Of a stretch of DNA of 64,000 bases, positions 39,639-47,530 are shown one piece after another. A program made the position numbers and the translations under genes. Position 1 is the stretch's first letter. Each line of letters opens with the position of its first letter. The notes under the pieces were generated by a model. It saw only the letters and a list, made by a program, of their open reading frames with translations, ran no database searches and was not told where the DNA came from. Source of the DNA: Promethearchaeota archaeon Loki_b32 (GTDB taxonomy: Archaea > Asgardarchaeota > Lokiarchaeia > Sigyniarchaeales > SOKP01); contig NJBH01000002.1 in assembly GCA_005223125.1 (NCBI GenBank), positions 32,001 to 96,000 of the forward strand. The letters run 5' to 3'.

Positions 39639-40658
39639 CTACACATTAGAGTTTTTTTGTTTTAATTTTTCTTCTAATTCTTCTTTTTCTTCTTCGAGCT
39701 TCTTAATTTTTTTATCTTTTTGTTTCATTTTTAATCCAGTTATGGTAAAGCCTTGCAAATTAAGTATTTTTCTGATAAAAATGAATGTAGCAAAAGAAAT
39801 TCCAACCAAATAAAGAACATTTACAGACCAAAAATAGGGATCTATCATACTCCAAATGTCTTCTACATATGGAAAGCTTAAAAAGGGTAATAATACTGCA
39901 ATTAATCCAATCCATATCATTCCAATTAGTAGGAGTGCTTTTTCCCATAATCTCATTTGCAATCTATAAAAAATGTATAAATGAAGCCAATACAAAACAC
40001 AGATAAATGCAATAGGCATGAATAAAAATGATCCAATTGCTAAAATCAACAATAGATTAACAGCAAACTTGTTACGCCATAAATCTAAAATATCTTTTGC
40101 AGCCATTTGATCTTGGACTTGAGCTTTTGCATATTCTTTTCTTAATGAAAAATACTCCTTTTTTATTTTCCTGGCAACTTTTTTTGCTCCTTTCTTCCAG
40201 AAAGAAAGTTTACTTATTTCAGCAGCTTTATGAAATTGTTCACTCGCTAAAGGGATGATGTAAAGATTCAGTAATAAGGATATTATTCCATAAATATATA
40301 TAATATTATCAAACCATAACCATAACCCCGTTTGGGTGACAGCCGCAGCTTCAGTATAACTTGAAATAATTTTATAAATCGCATAACATATTAAAAATAA
40401 CGGGATAATAATCTCTAATACGATTAAAATGATAGTACCTCGCTTTTTTAATTTACTGCTTATTTTATCCATAAGTAATAAGAAACCATTTGATATACTC
40501 AAGACTAAACCAAAACCAGCTAAGAATTTTACAACCCAGAAGAATATAAGAAATGTAAAGTTTAAAAACACATCTCCAGTAAAAAGAAATAACAACATCA
40601 ATGCTAAAGTGATGATTAGTCCAATAACGTAAATAATTTTGTATGTTTTTTCCTCCAT
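39639..40658 (-). CDS. Hypothetical multi-pass membrane protein
   Basis: About 7 hydrophobic segments, basic internal loop, charged C-terminal tail. Confidence 0.7.
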   Translation of the reverse strand: MEEKTYKIIYVIGLIITLALMLLFLFTGDVFLNFTFLIFFWVVKFLAGFGLVLSISNGFLLLMDKISSKLKKRGTIILIVLEIIIPLFLICYAIYKIISSYTEAAAVTQTGLWLWFDNIIYIYGIISLLLNLYIIPLASEQFHKAAEISKLSFWKKGAKKVARKIKKEYFSLRKEYAKAQVQDQMAAKDILDLWRNKFAVNLLLILAIGSFLFMPIAFICVLYWLHLYIFYRLQMRLWEKALLLIGMIWIGLIAVLLPFLSFPYVEDIWSMIDPYFWSVNVLYLVGISFATFIFIRKILNLQGFTITGLKMKQKDKKIKKLEEEKEELEEKLKQKNSNV

Positions 40659-40735
40659 GAATTATCAAAAAGAAAGAGTTTATTTAATTTCTTAGTTAAT
40701 TTTTTGTAAATTCTATTCTGAATTTAATCTTCCCT

Positions 40736-40784
40736 AAATACAAGAAAAATATAATGGCGTTAGTAGAACTGAAGAATTAGGACA
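40736..40784 (+). repeat. Degenerate 49-bp copy of the moxR 5' coding region (42976..43024)
   Basis: 42/49 nt identical by manual alignment. Confidence 0.8.
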
Positions 40785-40863
40785 ATTAAATTTTATTAAA
40801 TTTGATTCAAAATTTGAAACTTTCTATAAATAAATTTAGATCTGTAAAGATAAATCTTACTTA

Positions 40864-40877
40864 TTAGTTATAACTAA
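40864..40877. promoter_or_regulatory. Palindrome upstream of ftr1, possible DtxR/MntR-family operator
   Basis: Perfect palindrome TTAGTTATAACTAA (TTAG-N6-CTAA), about 90 bp upstream of the iron permease. Confidence 0.45.
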
Positions 40878-40967
40878 AAAGACCTTTTTTTTTCTAAACT
40901 ATAATTACAAAATGTAAATTTGTTCATTATCTTACTTTAAATAGCAATAAAATATTAGGTTTTAGTT

Positions 40968-41885
40968 ATGGCAACATTAATAGATTTAATAATACCACTA
41001 TTTTTAGCATTTAGAGAAGGATTAGAGGCAACTCTAGTTGTTGTTATCATACTCTTATATTTAAAAAAGACTAATCAACGTGGTTATAATAAATATGTAT
41101 ATTTTGGGTCAATTTTAGCTATATTTTCAAGTATAACCTTTGCAATTATTTTTTCTATGGTCTTCGGAGGATTTTCAGGTATTTTGGAAGAAATATTTGA
41201 GGGATCTACATTTATACTATCAGGGATTTTTATTGTAACCCTAGTCCTATGGGTAAGTAAGGAAGGTCCAAAAATGCGTAAGCATTTAGAAGAAAAATTA
41301 GAAAAATCGATCGAACGACAAAAGGCATTTTCAATTTCTATTTTAACATTTATTGTTATTATCAGAGAGGGAATTGAACTAGTATTATTATTAACTGGAA
41401 CGGCATCCATAGGTTCAATAAATCAAACATCAATAATTCTCGGATCTACCATAGGTTTAGCAATCTCCGTTATTATCGGATTGCTAATATTTTATGGAAT
41501 AAAGACGATTGATTTATCAAAATTCTTTAAAGCCACTAACATAATTTTAATACTATTTGCAGCGGGATTGATAACTTATGGAATCCATGAATTAATTGAA
41601 GCAGGGATAGTTAACCCAATAATAGAAGAAGTATGGAATATCAAACATATCTTACCAGAGGCATTCCCAGATGACAATCCAGCTACACCAGTGTGGCTTG
41701 AAATAATTGGTTCGTTATTAAAAGCCTTATTTGGTTATAATGCGAATCCATCTTTGTTGGAAGTAATAATATACCCTAGTCTCCTAATTTCAATTGGTTT
41801 AATTTCATTGAAATTATGGAAACGAACTAATAAAATTGTTATTCTAGAATTGAAAGAGGAAAGACTTAAGCTTTCTTTAGAATAA
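40968..41885 (+). CDS. ftr1: FTR1/EfeU family iron permease
   Basis: Two RExLE-type motifs (REGLE, REGIE), AAGL..YGIHEL.EAG, LKALFGY. Confidence 0.92.
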   Translation: MATLIDLIIPLFLAFREGLEATLVVVIILLYLKKTNQRGYNKYVYFGSILAIFSSITFAIIFSMVFGGFSGILEEIFEGSTFILSGIFIVTLVLWVSKEGPKMRKHLEEKLEKSIERQKAFSISILTFIVIIREGIELVLLLTGTASIGSINQTSIILGSTIGLAISVIIGLLIFYGIKTIDLSKFFKATNIILILFAAGLITYGIHELIEAGIVNPIIEEVWNIKHILPEAFPDDNPATPVWLEIIGSLLKALFGYNANPSLLEVIIYPSLLISIGLISLKLWKRTNKIVILELKEERLKLSLE

Positions 41886-41926
41886 TTTTTTTTTATTATT
41901 GTTTAGTAATGTTTAAAGTTTTCAAT

Positions 41927-42802
41927 TTATTTCTTTTCGAATCTAATAAATTCCTTATTGAGTTTAATTGCAAATTTTTCTAAAAGATCAAAAATTTCAT
42001 TAAGCTTAATATTAAAATCCCGTCCCCCCAAAATCTGAAAAGTCTGGTTGTAATTCTTGCCAATAAACTTTAGCTCATTTATAAAAATATATTTCCGAGT
42101 ATGTATAGTAGAATATTTCGAATGTATATCGGGATATTTCAAATAAGGTTGTAAATTTACTTCAATTCTATCAATCTGCATCCAATTTACATGAAATATT
42201 GGTTTAGGTGGTACTATTATTTGAATAAACTTTTCATTTATTAAAAATTTCCTTAATTCTGAAGTTCCTTTTAAGAACTTTCTGTATACAAAGAATGTAA
42301 AAAGACCGACAATTATCCAAATAATTACTAAAATAGGTAATGCTTTAATTCTATATACTGTAATTGCTCCCGTAGATACATAAGTCCAAAAGCCAAGATT
42401 AAATAATAGAAGTATTACCACTGAATTTTTTCCATGCTTCACACTTTCAGTTATTTTAACACCTCCGAATTCTTTTTCTGTAACAGTCTTACCCATATCT
42501 ATTCTATACCACATATATTCAGCAAAAAAAATTAATAAACCGACTACTGAGAATATTCCAACTGTGAAAGAAAATAAGATTACATAAGATTTTTCCTTTT
42601 CAGAAGCTATAAATGCAAGTGTATATGAGAATAATCCGAAAATGAAGTAACAGAAAGAACAGGGATATTTGTTAAAAAATCCCTCTCTATTTATGTAAAC
42701 TTGTTTTCTATTATTAATCATATTACTTAATTCCTTATTATTATGCATAACTTTATCATTACTGCTCATCAGAGTATCCCTATGAAAATACTTAAATTGC
42801 AT
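41927..42802 (-). CDS. Hypothetical membrane protein (4 TM plus soluble C-terminal domain)
   Basis: Hydrophobic segments followed by a beta-rich soluble tail. Confidence 0.6.
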   Translation of the reverse strand: MQFKYFHRDTLMSSNDKVMHNNKELSNMINNRKQVYINREGFFNKYPCSFCYFIFGLFSYTLAFIASEKEKSYVILFSFTVGIFSVVGLLIFFAEYMWYRIDMGKTVTEKEFGGVKITESVKHGKNSVVILLLFNLGFWTYVSTGAITVYRIKALPILVIIWIIVGLFTFFVYRKFLKGTSELRKFLINEKFIQIIVPPKPIFHVNWMQIDRIEVNLQPYLKYPDIHSKYSTIHTRKYIFINELKFIGKNYNQTFQILGGRDFNIKLNEIFDLLEKFAIKLNKEFIRFEKK

Positions 42803-42947
42803 AAAAAGAGATTACATTATAGTATTTAAGACATTCTAAAGTTAACACTGGTTTATTCTTAGTGAAAATCTTGCTAGGTAAAACAAGATGTTTTATGTAT
42901 TATCTTATAAACTAAAATTATTTTAGAAATGGTTAATTCTTATAATT

Positions 42948-43829
42948 ATGGTTGATACAACCAAAGTAGTAAAAGAAATACAAGAAGAATATAATGTAAT
43001 TGGTAGAACCGAAGAATTAAGACAGATTGTTTTAGCCCATGCAGTCAACAAGAATATCTTGCTCGAAGGGAACGTAGGAGTAGGGAAAACAACATTAGCT
43101 AAAGCTATTGCCGAATATTATGGTTCTAATGATTCTAATTTCTATAGAGTAGACTGTAGTGAAGAATTACTTCCTCATAATCTTGTTGGATATTTTGAAC
43201 CGCCCCTAGTAATTGCAAAAGGTTATATTGAAGATTCTTATAGATATGGCCCACTGGCCTTAGCGATGATGAATGGTGGATGCTTGTTTATAAATGAAAT
43301 AAATAGGATGCCTGAAAGCACTCAAAATTCATTATTAACCTCATTAGATGAAGGTATACTTGAAATATCTAAATTAAAAACAATTAAAGCCCATAAAGAT
43401 TTCTTTGTAGTAGCAACTCAAAACCCTGCAGCACATGTAGGAGTCACTGTATTAGGGGAAGCCTTGAAAGACAGATTCATATGGGTAAACTTACCTTATC
43501 ACACTTCCGAAGAAGAAATTTTAATTATTAAGCAAGAAGCAAATTTAAATAGCGAAAGTAGGGATAAGATTGCAATAATTTCTCAAAATATAATACAAGT
43601 TACCAGAGAAAGTACTTCTATCCGACGAGGTAGCTCTATAAGAGGAGCAATAGATTTGGCAACTTTAATAAACCAATATAGCAACAGTAATAGCTCTAAA
43701 AATTGGATTGAAGCGGCTGTAATGGCATTATATAATAAAATCGAACTTGAAGATGGATTAACTCAATCCAAAAAAGAAATAATCACAAATATCGTTTTAG
43801 CTGTATTAAATAAATCAGATTTTCAATAA
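42948..43829 (+). CDS. MoxR-family AAA+ ATPase
   Basis: GNVGVGKT Walker A, FINEINR (Walker B with N for D), ATQNP, ALKDRF, SIRG. Confidence 0.9.
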   Translation: MVDTTKVVKEIQEEYNVIGRTEELRQIVLAHAVNKNILLEGNVGVGKTTLAKAIAEYYGSNDSNFYRVDCSEELLPHNLVGYFEPPLVIAKGYIEDSYRYGPLALAMMNGGCLFINEINRMPESTQNSLLTSLDEGILEISKLKTIKAHKDFFVVATQNPAAHVGVTVLGEALKDRFIWVNLPYHTSEEEILIIKQEANLNSESRDKIAIISQNIIQVTRESTSIRRGSSIRGAIDLATLINQYSNSNSSKNWIEAAVMALYNKIELEDGLTQSKKEIITNIVLAVLNKSDFQ

Positions 43830-44938
43830 TCGATGATTTCTCTGAGGAAGAGTCTGAAGAGATTGAGAAAAGGCTGCATGTTAGATTAACTAAAAGTAAA
43901 CCAGATAAGGAGATTTTAGAGTATGAAATAATCCGAAAAAAAAAAAAAAAGCCTGATTATTATAAGCATCTTGCCAACACATTAGATTATAAGCAAATAA
44001 AGGAGTTAACATATCTAGCGATACAACATAAAAATCTTGAAGCTCTTATAGGGTTGCTAAAAGCAAACGTGTATGCTTCTACAGATGCTTTAGATACAGA
44101 AGAAGGAGTTAAATTTTTCTCGGAAAAAGCTGCAGAATCAGGAGACTTTATGCCAGAAATATATTTTTTCATAAGACGCCCTATATCTGAAAAATATAAA
44201 ACAATATTTCGCAGGCTAGCGCGACAAAGTATTCTAAAATTATCTTTAAAAATAACTAGTAAGGGAATCAGAGGTCAATTCAAAAAAACTGTACCCTATT
44301 ATCAAATGGGTATGCCTGAATTTAGTATGGATGAAACTATCCAGCATAATCCATTAAAAATTTATAAAAAAAGCTTAAACTATACAGATATTTATGGAAT
44401 TGAAAGAAAACGACAAAAGAGGAAAGTTGTATTAGTACTAGATACAAGTGGAAGTATGTATGGTCGTTTACTACTAAATGCGGCACTGACAGCCTCGGTT
44501 TTAGCCTATAATATGGAGAAGGAAGACTTTGCTATTGTTCTATTTAATTCAACTGCTATGGTTATGAAAAAAATCGACCAGAAGAAGCCAATCATTTCTA
44601 TTATTGATGACATATTAGATTCTGAAGCTGTGGGTTTTACCAATATTTCTATAGGATTAGAAAGAGGATTAAAAGAGTTAAATAAAACAAAAGAAGATAA
44701 GAAAGGTCGGTTCGGTATTTTAATAAGTGATGGCAACTATAACCGTGGTGATAATCCAGTACCTATAGCAAAAGCTTTTCCTAAGCTTCATGTTATCGGG
44801 ATGCCAGCAGATAATGACGCTGATCAGGGTATTGAGACTTGTCGAGAAATTGCTAAAGCTGGAAGAGGAAAGTTTTATGCTGTTAATGAATACAAAGAAA
44901 TCCCGCGAGCTCTAATTGAATTATTATCTCAAACTTAA
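43826..44938 (+). CDS. vWA-domain protein (MoxR partner); frame open from 43814, start non-canonical or reached by frameshift
   Basis: MIDAS DTSGSM, GFTNI, ISDG. The 80 codons upstream of the called TTG (44054) contain no stop and no ATG/GTG/TTG. Confidence 0.85.
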   Translation: MIDDFSEEESEEIEKRLHVRLTKSKPDKEILEYEIIRKKKKKPDYYKHLANTLDYKQIKELTYLAIQHKNLEALIGLLKANVYASTDALDTEEGVKFFSEKAAESGDFMPEIYFFIRRPISEKYKTIFRRLARQSILKLSLKITSKGIRGQFKKTVPYYQMGMPEFSMDETIQHNPLKIYKKSLNYTDIYGIERKRQKRKVVLVLDTSGSMYGRLLLNAALTASVLAYNMEKEDFAIVLFNSTAMVMKKIDQKKPIISIIDDILDSEAVGFTNISIGLERGLKELNKTKEDKKGRFGILISDGNYNRGDNPVPIAKAFPKLHVIGMPADNDADQGIETCREIAKAGRGKFYAVNEYKEIPRALIELLSQT

Positions 44939-45215
44939 AATATAATTATATATATTATGAAAAAGCTATTTTCTTGAAGAATTTTTTTTAGATGAATGTT
45001 AAAAGTTAATAAAGATTTGGTATATTAAACATGTATTCTTCAGTTAAGAGGAGTACAATCTACGCTTCTGAAGTGTCACAACCAGATGTGAGAATTGTTT
45101 AATTTAAATAAAATATCTTTATAAAATTTTATTGTTATATCTTTTATAATAAAATAATACTTATGATGAAATTCTTAAAATAATCTTAATGCTTATTAAA
45201 GGTACTTAAAATTGA

Positions 45216-45809
45216 ATGGGTGAGCAAACTATAATAAAAGAGCAAGAACCTCGATATATTTTTAAAATTTGTCTGATAGGCGACGGAGGAGTGGGAAAAA
45301 CTTGTATTGCTCGTAGATTATGTTTCAACACTTTCAGCGTGAATACTCAACTTACTGTTGGAATTGATTTTTATACTTATGACATTCCTTTTGCATTTAA
45401 TGGGGAGGACGCTTTTGTTAGACTTTCAATATGGGATTTTGGAGGACAAGAACAATTTAAAACACTGTTTAAATATTATATCAATGGTGCAAATGGTATT
45501 TTTTTAGTTTTTGATTTATTAAGAATGGAAAGCCTTATTAAACTAGATTGGTGGTATGATAAGATATCAAAGCACGGTCTTGATGATAGTCCAAAAATTC
45601 TGGTTGGTACTAAACTTGATTTAGCTCAAAAAGAAGACAAACAATATAAAGTAGATAGAATAATTGTTGAGCAGTTCCTTAAAAAGCACGATGAAAAAGA
45701 TTATGTCAAAACATCTTCTAAGGATAATGTAAACATTCAGAACGTTTTTATAGAGATCGTAAAAAAAATTTTAGATTCTCATGGTTTTGATTATAGAAAA
45801 ATAGGATAA
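45216..45809 (+). CDS. Rab-like small GTPase
   Basis: GDGGVGKT, TVGIDF, WDFGGQEQF, TKLD, SSK. Confidence 0.92.
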   Translation: MGEQTIIKEQEPRYIFKICLIGDGGVGKTCIARRLCFNTFSVNTQLTVGIDFYTYDIPFAFNGEDAFVRLSIWDFGGQEQFKTLFKYYINGANGIFLVFDLLRMESLIKLDWWYDKISKHGLDDSPKILVGTKLDLAQKEDKQYKVDRIIVEQFLKKHDEKDYVKTSSKDNVNIQNVFIEIVKKILDSHGFDYRKIG

Positions 45810-45844
45810 GAATCCTATCATGAATAGTAATTGATTAAATTTTC

Positions 45845-46390
45845 TTATTCTGTTATGAGATATTCCTTAGGGATTTTGTGTCCATATCCTGCCTTTTTAA
45901 ATTTTTGACCATTTTCAACATAGAGATTAGTACTAAATTCGTTTAATCTATTCTTTGAATATTCTTTTTTTTTAATTGCAGGCACTCCAGCATATAAACA
46001 GAAGTCGTCAGTTTCATCTCTTAAGATTGAACCACCTGCTAAGGTACTCCCCTTTCCTAATTTCGCTCCTTGTAAAATAGTAGCATTTATTCCCACTAAT
46101 GAATTATCTCCAACACTACAAGGTCCATGACACATACATGAATGGGCTAACCTTACATGATTACCAATTTTGCACGTTTCTTTAGGTCTTGAATGCAACA
46201 CAACATTTTCTTGAATACTCGTATTATTTCCTACAATAATTTTTCCCCAATCCCCGCGAAGCTTCGCACCAAACCATATATTTGTATAAGCACCTATTTC
46301 CACATCTCCAATAATTACAACATCTGGAGCAATAAAGGCGGAAGGGTGAATCTTTGGGACGGTTCCATTGAAAGGACTTTTAATTATCAT
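45845..46390 (-). CDS. Gamma carbonic anhydrase family (hexapeptide repeat) protein
   Basis: IIGDVEIG, LRGD, IQEN.VLH, H...H Zn ligands, GVPA. Confidence 0.9.
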   Translation of the reverse strand: MIIKSPFNGTVPKIHPSAFIAPDVVIIGDVEIGAYTNIWFGAKLRGDWGKIIVGNNTSIQENVVLHSRPKETCKIGNHVRLAHSCMCHGPCSVGDNSLVGINATILQGAKLGKGSTLAGGSILRDETDDFCLYAGVPAIKKKEYSKNRLNEFSTNLYVENGQKFKKAGYGHKIPKEYLITE

Positions 46391-46845
46391 CGCTAATCAA
46401 GGGTAAGTTAGAATATCTAAAATATATTATGTATAGTAGATAAAGCTTATGTTCACTAAAATTAGATTTCTATATTATTTCTTAAAGATCAAGTAAGAAT
46501 ATTGTGCTTATATTACGATATAATAAATATTTAAACGCGAAATTTCAGTTATTAATATATTCATCGGTTCTAAGAATTACGGAGAGATTCATTTCCTTCT
46601 GAGATACTAATAAAAGCGTCCTATCAGTGTTTGCTAATGAGAAGAAGATTTCTTTTTTATTTGGCTTGATTTCGGTTTTGTCAAATGAAAATTTAGATTA
46701 AACTTTTGTGTCTATGACAACCACACGAAAAATCTGTTGCAACTATGGTACTTATATTCATGATTTAATTGATAGTTTCATAGCTACTTCCTTAGTAAGA
46801 ATTACTTAACAACAAAAAAATATTAAAATAACAGGTGTATTTCAA

Positions 46846-47457
46846 CTGGTAGAAATATCACAATTCTTATCTCAATTAAAGAATTCTCAGCGTTTAATAC
46901 GGATGACCATTATGGGAGATGGAGCAGTAGGAAAAACAACATTAGTACAAGCTCTACTCCGAAAAACAACTAACCACAACCATAATGGTTCGATTAATAA
47001 TGTACTGGAAAATAAGAAAATTTCTCGAACTCCCTTTCTTGAAATTGAATCATGGAATTATAAGGATCTACTTTTTCAGTGCTATGATTTAGCAGGACAA
47101 AGAATTCCGGGAATGCATCCCCTAGATATTTTAAGAAATCAAGTTCTGAATTATATTGATATTTTTATATTTGTTTTTGCGTTAGATCGTTATAAATCAT
47201 TTGAGAATCTAAATAATTGGTTAAGGTTAATCAATCAAGAAAATAGAAAAAAGGCTGAAAATACAGGATTTCTTTTAGTAGGTAACAAAATTGATTTAGA
47301 AAGAAATGTTTCAGGCGCATTGATTCAGACTATAGTTGGTGAGGATAGATATTTTCAAGATTATGTAGAAACAAGTCCTATTTATGGAATAGGAATTAAT
47401 GTGATGTTACAAAAAATTGTCAATATGGGTAAAAAACTCCTTAATTTATGTGATTAA
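46846..47457 (+). CDS. Small GTPase (Ras superfamily, Roc/Rab-like); probable CTG start
   Basis: GDGAVGKT, YDLAGQ, NKID. The called ATG at 46903 lies inside beta1; SD AGGTG plus in-frame CTG at 46846. Confidence 0.85.
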   Translation: MVEISQFLSQLKNSQRLIRMTIMGDGAVGKTTLVQALLRKTTNHNHNGSINNVLENKKISRTPFLEIESWNYKDLLFQCYDLAGQRIPGMHPLDILRNQVLNYIDIFIFVFALDRYKSFENLNNWLRLINQENRKKAENTGFLLVGNKIDLERNVSGALIQTIVGEDRYFQDYVETSPIYGIGINVMLQKIVNMGKKLLNLCD

Positions 47458-47460
47458 GGT

Positions 47461-47482
47461 TACAATAAAGGTACAATAAAGG
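47461..47482 (+). repeat. 11-bp tandem duplication TACAATAAAGG x2
   Basis: Seen directly between the GTPase and TPR genes. Confidence 0.7.
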
Positions 47483-47530
47483 TAATAATATACTCTCATC
47501 TTTTCCAAAAATAAGAGATGAGGTGTTAAA

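Noticed and set aside
46500-46800. Possible degraded gene on the minus strand
   Set aside because: Interrupted frames with no recognisable family
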